A stretch of DNA of 64,000 nt from Minisyncoccota bacterium (GCA_041661645.1 JBAZUA010000001.1:125074-189073), one strand, 5' to 3'. Shown: positions 10,036-18,244, numbered from the stretch's first letter. Notes: a model not told the origin generated them from the sequence alone. Program-made: numbers and translations.

Positions 10036-10098
10036 TACGGACACTTGAAAAATGATAAAAAGCGTCTATCATTAACCGTGGTGGTAAGACCGGAGGCC
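9984..10098. repeat. Perfect 19-bp inverted repeat (9984-10002 / 10080-10098)
   Basis: ggcctccggtcttaccacc versus ggtggtaagaccggaggcc. Confidence 0.95.
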
Positions 10099-10132
10099 AA
10101 AGCCGCACGATTGCTCGTGCGACTTTGCTTTT
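10099..10132 (+). terminator. Intrinsic terminator, probably bidirectional
   Basis: aaagccgcacga-ttgc-tcgtgcgacttt followed by a T-rich tail. Confidence 0.7.
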
Positions 10133-10143
10133 ATATACAAAAA

Positions 10144-11292
10144 CTAGAGTCCGTATGGCGCAGAATTCTTCCCGAGCACCGACGCCTTCAGTATCCCCGT
10201 GATCTTCTGGGCGTCCGCGAGACTCACGCCGAGGATTATGATCCCTGGGAATATCGTCCTCGTGCCGCGACCGACCCTGACGACGGTGGGCGCAGTGGCG
10301 TTCTCGATGCGCACGCTCGCCAGGCCGAAGACTCGCTCGAGAATGCCCTGCCTGACCGTGACGTCCTGTATGGACGAGTACGGCATGTGCTTCTCGGATA
10401 TGCTCAGAACGCCCGACTTGAAATAGATGTGCTCGGGAGTGAAGTCAAAGGAATAGTTGGACTTCCAGAGGAAAAAGCCGATCAGGTGAAATGCGAGGAC
10501 GAGGACGGCGAATGCCACGAGGGCGAACAGCATCTGGACAGGGTACAGCGACACGAATCCCGCAACAACGGTGCTCAAGGGAATGGCGAGGAGGGCCAAC
10601 AGGGCCAAAGACCCGATAACCCTCGTGAATATCTGAAGGGTGACCCATGTGCCCGAGAGAGGATAGACGACGCTCGATATTTTTTCGCTGATAGAAAACG
10701 GCGCTGAAGCAGATGCGGGCGTGGGGGCAGCCATAGTCTGTGCCGGCTGCGCGCCTCCCTGCTGAGGGCGGGCGAACTTGTCGAAGAGGAACCTCTTGAG
10801 GCCCTCGGCGGCCTCCTTGTCCACGCCGTCTATGTGGGCCTCGATGCCCGATGCCGCGGTGGCGCTCGCTATATGCACGTCATAGATGCCAAACACCCGA
10901 TCAAGTATGTCCTGATCGACATACACGTCCTGCACCTTCTGATACTGCACATGTATCTCGGACGGGGTGAACACGCCCTTCTGTATGGTCAGATACATGT
11001 CCTCGCCGGCATAGAGGTACCTGCGTATATAGGAGCGGACATAGAGGGCGTAGATGCCCAGCACGATGCAGAACGGCACGACGAGGGTGAGGGAGATCGA
11101 TCCGGCGATTGAGAGCAGTCCACCCAAAATATTTTCCTTGAGGAAGGCCCCCATCGAGAAGGCGACCGGGCCGAGGGCGATGTATACGAAAAGCGCAATC
11201 AAAAGGAGCTTCCATGCCACGACGAGCATCTTCTTCCAGAATTTTCTCGGACTAAGTGGAAACTTCTTCTGCAAATCGCTCTGTGGTTTCAT
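10144..11292 (-). CDS. Membrane protein with two bacterial PH (bPH_2/YdbS-like) domains
   Basis: Two units of 2 TM + IQKGVF..YQKVQDVYVDQDILDRVFGI and FKSGVL..YSSIQDVTVRQGILERVFGL. Confidence 0.85.
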   Translation of the reverse strand: MKPQSDLQKKFPLSPRKFWKKMLVVAWKLLLIALFVYIALGPVAFSMGAFLKENILGGLLSIAGSISLTLVVPFCIVLGIYALYVRSYIRRYLYAGEDMYLTIQKGVFTPSEIHVQYQKVQDVYVDQDILDRVFGIYDVHIASATAASGIEAHIDGVDKEAAEGLKRFLFDKFARPQQGGAQPAQTMAAPTPASASAPFSISEKISSVVYPLSGTWVTLQIFTRVIGSLALLALLAIPLSTVVAGFVSLYPVQMLFALVAFAVLVLAFHLIGFFLWKSNYSFDFTPEHIYFKSGVLSISEKHMPYSSIQDVTVRQGILERVFGLASVRIENATAPTVVRVGRGTRTIFPGIIILGVSLADAQKITGILKASVLGKNSAPYGL

Positions 11293-11297
11293 GGTGA

Positions 11298-11972
11298 TTA
11301 CGGCTTATTATTAAAATCGAGAAGGCAGACTCTTTCCAGGATAAGCTTTATAGACGGCGCCCGATCCTTGAGATACGGGACAAGAGAAAGGATTTCCCGT
11401 ATCGCCGCGACGCGGGCAGACGACGCCTTTTCGAGACCCTTTCCACGCAATTCTTCCACCAGCGCCAAGAGAAAGACCTCGGCCTTCGCCTTGTCCTTCT
11501 CCTCTATCATCCCCGCCACAAAGGCCAGACGATCCCTGAGCGACGACGCCACGAATTTCTTTGCATCCTCGCCAACGGCCGCCACAAGCGACGACGGGTG
11601 GGCGATGATGATGACTCGCGATCGCAGCGTCGGCAGAAGGATTCGGCGAGACGAGGAGATAATGAAAAAGTGCGTGCCGGGAGTCGGCTCCTCGAACACC
11701 TTGAGGAGCGAGTTCTGTGCCTCGCTCGTCATGGAATCCGCGGCGACGATAAATATCTTCCTATCCCCCGCTATCGGCCTGACCGCCTGCATCTCCTGAA
11801 GGCCCCGCCCATCGTCGATGCCAAAGGATTCGTATTCCGCGTAATGCACGTCGGGATGACCTTGGCGAACGATGCCGAAGGAGTCGTTCAGAAACGACTC
11901 AATGTCGGCGAGCACAGCAACGCGCTCGCCCTCGATGAAATATGCGTGATGGAGGGAGTCTTTGTCGAACAT
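11298..11972 (-). CDS. holB: DNA polymerase III delta-prime subunit-like (short CPR form)
   Basis: HHAYFIEG, HPDV, EAQNSLLKVFEEP, LLPTLRSR; TATACT 6 nt before ATG 11972. Confidence 0.88.
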   Translation of the reverse strand: MFDKDSLHHAYFIEGERVAVLADIESFLNDSFGIVRQGHPDVHYAEYESFGIDDGRGLQEMQAVRPIAGDRKIFIVAADSMTSEAQNSLLKVFEEPTPGTHFFIISSSRRILLPTLRSRVIIIAHPSSLVAAVGEDAKKFVASSLRDRLAFVAGMIEEKDKAKAEVFLLALVEELRGKGLEKASSARVAAIREILSLVPYLKDRAPSIKLILERVCLLDFNNKP

Positions 11973-12106
11973 GGTAATAGTATAGCAAAAACAATTTCTG
12001 AAAATATAAAGAAGGCGACCATCCGTACTTCGCACGCAAACCATCACCAAAAACACCACAAAGAAAAAACCGGCCCCCACTTGCGTGTGGACCGGTCTTG
12101 AACAAC

Positions 12107-14047
12107 CTATACTTTACCAAGGAACTTATCCCAACCAGGCCAGCCTTTATTTTTGTAATAGGCCGATGGATCAGCAGGAAGACTGTCATCCCCTTCATAC
12201 CCTTTCCTGTAATGACTGGCCGAACATATTCCCATGCTAATCGCAGCCTGGGACGCAGACTTCCAATCAGCATAATGAACCTTTTTCTTCTTTCCAAGAA
12301 ACACATACGATCCGGGAAAATCAGCATAATGTTTCGAGGGGTCAGGATGCAAGCGGGGATCTTTCCTCCACAGCATCCTGTAGCTTTGGTCCATATTTTT
12401 AACTCCGAGTCTGATTGCGGCCGCACTCGCTTCCTGCCACGTGAGATAATAATCACGAGTTCTTCCAGAAAGAAACTCAGGCCAATCTGGAAAATCCTTA
12501 TACACCTGTTCTGGCGCTGAGGGCAACATGGGGTCCTCCTGATACCTAACGCTATATTCCTTGCAAGTTTTTATATCCAACTTTCTCGCTGCTGAAGCGG
12601 CGAGAATCCATGTGGAATACCTTTTCCTAGACTTGCCAAGACCTCCGCGCAAAAACACATCGTATCCTGGGAAATCCTCATAGACATTATGAGGCTTACT
12701 GGGTAGCTTTGGATTATCTCGGTAGGCTTTCCAGTACTCCCTGGCTGTTTTGCAGCCCAAGAGTTTAGCGGCTTCGCTCGCCTCTTCCCATGTGGGATAG
12801 AATTCTGCCCTCAGCCGACCTATGAGCTCGAGGAGTGGCAATACGCGCTCCTTGAACTCAACCGTATCGACACTAAGGTTGAATGGTTCGATTTGACTCT
12901 CCCCATTTTCCTCATTTTGTCCGAATTCAGGGGTTTTTCGAACGAATGCTCTTTGACTACGAACCTCCTGCCACAGATCGTAGACGACGGAGATGCGCTC
13001 GCAGTTCCCGACGAAGTCGAGCACCACGACCTTCTCCTTGTCCTCGTGAGGGCGAAGCCCGCGACCGAGCTGCTGGAGGAATATGGTCGGCGAGTCCGTC
13101 GACCGCAGGAAGACGATGATGTTCGCCTGCGGTATGTCGAGGGCCTCGTTGAACATGTCCACCGTCACCGCCACCTGAAACACCCCTTGTCGGAATAGCT
13201 CCAGCCGCGTGCGACGATCGTTCCTCGAGAGCTTCGAGTGGATCGGGACTGCCCCGGGTATGGCCTTCGCCATGTGCTCGCAGTGCTTGACCGTCGAGCA
13301 GTAAACGATGACCTTGGGGTTCTGAACCTCACCCATGTGACGGCTGATGATGGATGCGATCTCCTCATCCCGCTTGGGAACGAATATCGTCCTATTGAGC
13401 AGGCCGATGCTCATCTGACCCTGCGGGGTGTCGAAGACCTCCCTCGAGTTTATCTCGTCCGTCATGAGCTTATACTCGACGGGACAGAGCAGCCCTCGGG
13501 CAAGGGCGTCCACGAGAGAGAGGTTGTAAACCTCTTCCCCGTAGATATCCCTGATGTCCTTGCCGTCGCCCCTGCCCGGCGTCGCAGTGATGCCGAGCAG
13601 GAAGCTTGGGGTGAAATACCTGACGACCCTCTCAAAGGTCTCGGCGAGGACGTGATGCGTCTCGTCGACGACGATCCGATCGAACTCGCCCGGACTGAAC
13701 TGGTCGAGGTTATTCCTCATGGTCTGAAAGGAGGCGAACACCACCTGGGCGTCTGCCGTCTTCTCGAACCCGTGGAAGAACCCGCACCTGACCTTGCTTC
13801 CAAGGACCTTTATGAACTCCCCCTGCGCCTGCTCCAGAATGTCGTTCTGGTGGCAGAGGAAGAGGCACCTGGACTCCTTGTTTGTGTTGAGGTGCGCCCT
13901 GATGTCGAGCGCAGCCATTATGGTCTTTCCGAGGCCACTCGCCATTATCGCGAGAGCCGCTTTCCTGCCGCTCTCCCTGGCCAGTCTGAGTGCCCCGAGG
14001 CAGTCATATTGGTAAGGGAAAGGAATGATTTCCGATAATACAGTCAT
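12107..14047 (-). CDS. SF2 (ResIII/DEAD-like) helicase with four C-terminal integrase-repeat-like (INT_rpt) units
   Basis: PYQ, MASGLGKT, DETHH, TATP, QQLGRGLR; four repeats of YxTWxxAxxAAxxLG...Y...DPxLPxxPxxxYxDFPGxxxFL; AGGAG RBS. Confidence 0.88.
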   Translation of the reverse strand: MTVLSEIIPFPYQYDCLGALRLARESGRKAALAIMASGLGKTIMAALDIRAHLNTNKESRCLFLCHQNDILEQAQGEFIKVLGSKVRCGFFHGFEKTADAQVVFASFQTMRNNLDQFSPGEFDRIVVDETHHVLAETFERVVRYFTPSFLLGITATPGRGDGKDIRDIYGEEVYNLSLVDALARGLLCPVEYKLMTDEINSREVFDTPQGQMSIGLLNRTIFVPKRDEEIASIISRHMGEVQNPKVIVYCSTVKHCEHMAKAIPGAVPIHSKLSRNDRRTRLELFRQGVFQVAVTVDMFNEALDIPQANIIVFLRSTDSPTIFLQQLGRGLRPHEDKEKVVVLDFVGNCERISVVYDLWQEVRSQRAFVRKTPEFGQNEENGESQIEPFNLSVDTVEFKERVLPLLELIGRLRAEFYPTWEEASEAAKLLGCKTAREYWKAYRDNPKLPSKPHNVYEDFPGYDVFLRGGLGKSRKRYSTWILAASAARKLDIKTCKEYSVRYQEDPMLPSAPEQVYKDFPDWPEFLSGRTRDYYLTWQEASAAAIRLGVKNMDQSYRMLWRKDPRLHPDPSKHYADFPGSYVFLGKKKKVHYADWKSASQAAISMGICSASHYRKGYEGDDSLPADPSAYYKNKGWPGWDKFLGKV

Positions 14048-14109
14048 GTTTTTCTCCTGGTTGAATTTTCAAAGTTTCTAACTTGAACATAATCATGAAA
14101 AGCGCTTAA

Positions 14110-14187
14110 AGTCAATCAACCCGCTTGACCAAAGACTGTCAGTGATGCAATATCAGCCGTAGAAACAGAAACCAGAAGCTGACAGTC
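14110..14187. promoter_or_regulatory. Back-to-back divergent promoters with a 9-bp inverted repeat
   Basis: TTGACT (-) at 14110-14115 and TTGACC (+) at 14125-14130; gactgtcag 14134-14142 / ctgacagtc 14179-14187. Confidence 0.5.
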
Positions 14188-14199
14188 CTTTTACACAAT

Positions 14200-15855
14200 A
14201 TGAACCCTAAAATCACACTGACGTCGGCAACATTGCCGACGCTGCTTGAGGCGATCAGCGCATCGCTGTCCCCCCATGCAATACCGACGCTAATCGGGGC
14301 GTTTGAGAGAAAATCAATATCCACCGGAACCATAGCAAAGCTTCTTTTACCGAAAGCCCGAAAGGGCTCAACATTTAGGAATGCAATGCTGATACTTAGT
14401 CGCGTGTTCCGTGAGTATGGTGTCGAAGTAACCTTTGACGTCATAAGCGCGGAACCGCCCGAAGGAGTCTTAGCCAAGACTCCTCAAGCCGAGGAGAGTG
14501 AGAAAATAGCACTCCCGCGGATATCAACGAAAAAGGCCCCGAAAGTAAATGAACGTGGTGAAGAAAGGCGGGCGTATGACTCAAACGGTCTTCTCGGCAT
14601 TTATATGCGAGAGGCCATGGGTCACGGGCTGCTGACAGAAGAGGAGGAGCGAGATCTCGGTATTCGATCCTTTGACCACAAGGATATCGAGGCCCGAAAC
14701 AAACTCGTGCTTCACTGCCTGAGGCTCGTCGTGTTCACGGTCAACAAATACAGGACCCCCAAGCTGAGATTCGCTGACGCTATCCTCTCGTGCAACGGTG
14801 TTCTCATGGATGTGATAGGTGAATTCAATCCGAGAATGGGTCGCCTCTCCACGTTCCTCATGCAAAGCATGAGGAACGAAATCCTGAAACACGTAGATCA
14901 CAAAGGTCTGACAAAAAAAATCAGGCTCAGGAACGCGGCGGAGCACGTATCTATCCAAAGCACAGAATACCAGGACGTGCTTACGAGCACGGGAAGCTGT
15001 GATACCGAAGCGGTACTCAGGGCATCGGAGTCCCTCGAGGAACTATCAATCGAGATACGGAGGCTCGTGTCGAACGTGTATCAGCTTGAGACGGTCAGGG
15101 AAAATGACAAGACGGCATTCTTCGAATATCACGGACTCGAGGGAAATCCCCCGGGGGCAACCCTCGAGAGCGTAAGTAGAAAATACGGTGTTACTCGGGA
15201 ACGAATCCGCCAGATGGTTAATCATGTTTGGCGAACCCTGGCTCGGAAAGAAGTAAGGTTTGACGACAGATCTCTGACTCGAACCCTCCTGTTGATACCC
15301 ATGCTCGAGAGACAGGCGGGGTTTGAGGCAAATCTCAGGCCCACTCTCGAAGATAATGCGTTCACTAGATACGGACTCGCTGATGAGGAAAAGAACCTGG
15401 TAAAAACCATGACCGGTGGACGCCCCCGCACCGAGAAGAACAAAAAGATTCTCGTGTCTATCGAAAAGAAATGCGGGCCTGATTTAGGGGACATGGTCAA
15501 ACCAGCTCAAAATCTCAAGAGTCAAGAGCGCGCAGGCCTCTCGGCAACAGAGAAAAAAGCTGGCGAGACACTCCTCGAAATCACCTCAGGAATGCTGGGG
15601 ATGTCATCAGGGGAGGCTCTCTCCTCCAAACATCGCGGTTATGCCACCGTAGCCCGGCGTGCAGTGGTCCTTATCCTACACAAAAGTCACGGATGGAGAA
15701 TCGAGAGTATTGAGGAGTTAATCGGCAAGAAAATGCTGTGTCTAGTTTTAGAAAAAGCGCAGCAGGAGTTTGAGATAAACGAATCATTCAGGATGTTTAT
15801 CAAAGAAATCGAAACTCGATTCGCGACAGTCATCAATGAGGCGCCGACGAAATAA
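14200..15855 (+). CDS. Divergent sigma70-family protein with a C-terminal DnaA-domain-IV-like region
   Basis: Region 1.2 LGIYMREAMGHGLLTEEEERDL, region 2 ARNKLVLHCLRLVV...FNPRMGRLSTF, region 4 TLESVSRKYGVTRERIRQ; C-terminal LLEITSGMLGMSSGEALSSKHR..ATVARRAVVLIL. Confidence 0.8.
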   Translation: MNPKITLTSATLPTLLEAISASLSPHAIPTLIGAFERKSISTGTIAKLLLPKARKGSTFRNAMLILSRVFREYGVEVTFDVISAEPPEGVLAKTPQAEESEKIALPRISTKKAPKVNERGEERRAYDSNGLLGIYMREAMGHGLLTEEEERDLGIRSFDHKDIEARNKLVLHCLRLVVFTVNKYRTPKLRFADAILSCNGVLMDVIGEFNPRMGRLSTFLMQSMRNEILKHVDHKGLTKKIRLRNAAEHVSIQSTEYQDVLTSTGSCDTEAVLRASESLEELSIEIRRLVSNVYQLETVRENDKTAFFEYHGLEGNPPGATLESVSRKYGVTRERIRQMVNHVWRTLARKEVRFDDRSLTRTLLLIPMLERQAGFEANLRPTLEDNAFTRYGLADEEKNLVKTMTGGRPRTEKNKKILVSIEKKCGPDLGDMVKPAQNLKSQERAGLSATEKKAGETLLEITSGMLGMSSGEALSSKHRGYATVARRAVVLILHKSHGWRIESIEELIGKKMLCLVLEKAQQEFEINESFRMFIKEIETRFATVINEAPTK

Positions 15856-15862
15856 GTGCAAG

Positions 15863-15895
15863 GCCGCCCGATATTCATATCGAGGCGGCTTTTTT
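15863..15895 (+). terminator. Intrinsic terminator
   Basis: gccgcc-cgatat-tc-atatcg-a-ggcggc followed by T6. Confidence 0.8.
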
Positions 15896-15908
15896 CATGC
15901 TTTGGACC

Positions 15909-15941
15909 TTATGCCTGGTGGAGGGACTCCCTATTGAACAT
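15909..15941 (-). pseudogene. Relic 5' fragment of holB (10 codons then stop) with its own extended -10 promoter
   Basis: ATG TTC AAT AGG GAG TCC CTC CAC CAG GCA TAA, preceded by TGgTATATT-6nt, the same geometry as at holB. Confidence 0.7.
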
Positions 15942-16030
15942 GCCGATAATATACCAAAAGAAATGGCCCCGCTTCCGACTTGACTTTGCCTGTCCGAAGA
16001 ATAACCTTATGAAAAAGCACCTCAATATCC

Positions 16031-16249
16031 ATGAAAACAATCGAGACCCTCGCACTGCGAGCGCTCTGGGTAATTACCCTCTGCGCAAAACCCTTCCTGC
16101 CGGAGACCAATCCCTTCAAACGCATGTCGTTCAGACAGTTCCAACTCGGCAGAAGCGATTTCGCGGTCGATCTGGGGATAATCCTGCTCATATGCCTTGT
16201 GTGTGCCGGGAAAGGCCTCTGGCTGCTCGTGGAAATCCTCAACCGATGA
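16031..16249 (+). CDS. Small hypothetical membrane protein
   Basis: 72 aa with a hydrophobic C-terminal helix; TTGACT upstream and a terminator hairpin at about 16265-16300. Confidence 0.55.
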   Translation: MKTIETLALRALWVITLCAKPFLPETNPFKRMSFRQFQLGRSDFAVDLGIILLICLVCAGKGLWLLVEILNR

Positions 16250-16396
16250 CGCCACGCTCGAGACAAGACAAGCCGCCGATCGGGCTTGTCTTTTTTATTT
16301 CACACTACACATCGGGCGGGCCGAAGTCGTGGACGGCACTTCTGCTATAATGAAAACCTTAGTAAAAGCGACGGACGCCGGAGACCTAACAACACC

Positions 16397-16969
16397 ATGA
16401 AAAACGGACTGAAGATACTCATAGCCGCCGACGCCTTCGGCAACCTCGCACTCGGCATGATAGGCCCCATCTACGCCATCTTCGTGGGAAAGATAGGGGG
16501 CGACATACTCGATGTCGGCTGGGCCTATTTTGTCTTCACGTTCACCTCGGGGATAGTGCTCTACATGATCAGCAGATGGGAGAACAGGATAGCCCACAAG
16601 GAAAGGCTCGTCGTGATTGGCTATCTGATAAACGCCCTGGGCTGCCTCCTCTACTTTTTCGTCGACTCGCAGATGGCCCTTCTGGCCGTGCAGGTGGTCC
16701 TCGGCGTCGGCGTGGCCATTGTCAGCCCGGCCTTCGATGCCATCTACTCCCATTATGTGAACTCGGAAAGGGAGGCCTCCGACTGGGGTGCCTGGGAGGC
16801 CATGGGGTATTTCGTCGCTGCCCTGGGGGCGATCGCGGGAAGCGTGGTGGCAAACTCGTTCGGGTTCCATGCGCTCTTCCTCTGCATGTCGGTGGCGGCC
16901 GCCACGGGCGCGCTCATATCATTCTTCCTCTTCGATAGCGTGAGATATCTCGGCTCCTCCAAGCTTTAA
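16397..16969 (+). CDS. Half-size (about 6 TM) MFS-type transporter
   Basis: 190 aa; PIYAIFVGKIGGDILDVG, QVVLGVGVAIVSPAFDAIYS. Confidence 0.8.
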   Translation: MKNGLKILIAADAFGNLALGMIGPIYAIFVGKIGGDILDVGWAYFVFTFTSGIVLYMISRWENRIAHKERLVVIGYLINALGCLLYFFVDSQMALLAVQVVLGVGVAIVSPAFDAIYSHYVNSEREASDWGAWEAMGYFVAALGAIAGSVVANSFGFHALFLCMSVAAATGALISFFLFDSVRYLGSSKL

Positions 16970-16983
16970 CTTAAAACGCCACT

Positions 16984-17304
16984 CTATGCCTGAAGAGACT
17001 GTCCCGCCATTTTGTTGAGCTCTATCTGGATGAGGATCATGGCGACCGGCGCGATCACGAGATACAGGAGGAACCAGAGGATCGGACTGTTGTCCTTCTT
17101 TACGAAGACAGAGAACCCCTCCGAGTAGCGATAGAAGAAATAGAGGTTGGCTATCGGTATGATGACGAGCCAGGCCGTGGGAATCTTGGCCCCAAGCCCA
17201 TTTATCTCCCCTTTCGTCCTTACCGTCCAATAGAGTCCGTATAGGCCGAAGGTAATGAAGGAGAGGATGATGACGAGCGCCGGGTTACGATGTTTTATGT
17301 TCAT
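16984..17304 (-). CDS. DUF4234-like membrane protein
   Basis: RNPALVIILSFITFGLYGLYW...EIN...IQIELN pattern. Confidence 0.8.
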   Translation of the reverse strand: MNIKHRNPALVIILSFITFGLYGLYWTVRTKGEINGLGAKIPTAWLVIIPIANLYFFYRYSEGFSVFVKKDNSPILWFLLYLVIAPVAMILIQIELNKMAGQSLQA

Positions 17305-17331
17305 GATGCCTCCAGTATAGCAAAATACCAC

Positions 17332-18209
17332 CGTGAGTCGTACAATCTCCTTTTGCCACACTGTTATGCGAGTTTTTTACCATACCACCGCGCTATACTT
17401 TAAAAAGAATTATGCTTTCGCAATGAATTTAACTTCCCGCAAAAGAAGTCTGATAGATCCGCAGGTTATCGATTAGACCAGTGTATCCTGGTCCAATAAA
17501 GACATTTGTCTGCCAATTGAAATCAGAATTTGCCTTTGTCCCCTTGAGTACCCGATTCCCATCAATATATATTTCTTGCCCTCCCGTCAATCCTCCGTAC
17601 GTATGCACGAGATGGTGCCATTTGGCATCCGCATAGTTTTTTCCCGTGCTCAACAGTGTCTCCAGTGACCATATTCTTGAAGAGACATTACCCGCATTAA
17701 GACTGATTTCTCGATCATTACCAGAACTGTTCACTTGGTAAAAAAGCGCGTTTGCAGAGGAGGTCTTAAACCAAAAACTTACAAGATATGAGGTCTCTGA
17801 GACATTCAACGTTGCATTGAGGTATCCAGAACCACTAAATGAGATTGATTTCTGACTGCGATTAGGCGTATCGCTCGAATAACTTACCGAACCGGAAACA
17901 ATGGCGACCGGGGCGTTTGACACATTGTCTGAGACAGTGTTTTCAAAAGACTCTTCAAACTGAAGCTCGTCACCACGAGCATTCAATATGGACGATTCAA
18001 ATAAAAGACCTCGAGCGATCAACGCTTTGTCCCGGGCGTCTCGTAAAGACGCAAGGACCGTTGAACTCAAAAGGCCTATGATTGAAACGACAACAAGAAG
18101 TTCAATGAGTGTAAATCCCTTTTTAGAACCTTTCGACATGTTAGACACATTATATGTAAAAACGCTCTCTCATGCGACACGTAGTTGCACAATCTCCTTT
18201 TTGCAACAC
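17332..18209. repeat. Imperfect ~30-bp direct repeats (17332-17361 / 18180-18209) flanking the pilin-LamG gene
   Basis: cgtgagtcgtacaatctcctttt-gccacac versus cgt-agttgcacaatctcctttttgcaacac. Confidence 0.7.
17429..18139 (-). CDS. Type IV pilin-like protein with a LamG/ConA-like lectin domain
   Basis: KKGFTLIELLVVVSII prepilin motif; VSFWFK, KWHHLVHTY, IYIDG, GLIDNLRIY. Confidence 0.88.
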   Translation of the reverse strand: MSKGSKKGFTLIELLVVVSIIGLLSSTVLASLRDARDKALIARGLLFESSILNARGDELQFEESFENTVSDNVSNAPVAIVSGSVSYSSDTPNRSQKSISFSGSGYLNATLNVSETSYLVSFWFKTSSANALFYQVNSSGNDREISLNAGNVSSRIWSLETLLSTGKNYADAKWHHLVHTYGGLTGGQEIYIDGNRVLKGTKANSDFNWQTNVFIGPGYTGLIDNLRIYQTSFAGS

Positions 18210-18244
18210 CCTTGTGCAGGAGCCTGTGTCTATTAGTTTTTTAC

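Larger units (their letters stand above)
11973..15908. mobile_element. Integrase-less genomic islet bounded by duplicated holB 5' ends
   Basis: 11940-11972 (MFDKDSLHHAY) recurs in direct orientation at 15909-15941 (MFNRESLHQA*), 25/33 nt identical. Cargo is partly lower in GC and has terminators at both ends. Confidence 0.7.

Noticed and set aside
10052-10075. Mini-ORF MIKSVYH* as an attenuator leader peptide
   Set aside because: No amino-acid enrichment and no downstream co-oriented gene to regulate; it coincides with a small atgata/tatcat hairpin.
9984-10098. Retron msr/msd or DGR interpretation of the inverted repeats here and at 25927-26039
   Set aside because: No reverse transcriptase in the window and no template/variable repeat pair with adenine-specific mismatches.
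9964-10707. 247-aa plus-strand ORF over the tRNA-like element
   Set aside because: Crosses a terminator and is antisense to the PH-domain gene; no recognisable motifs.
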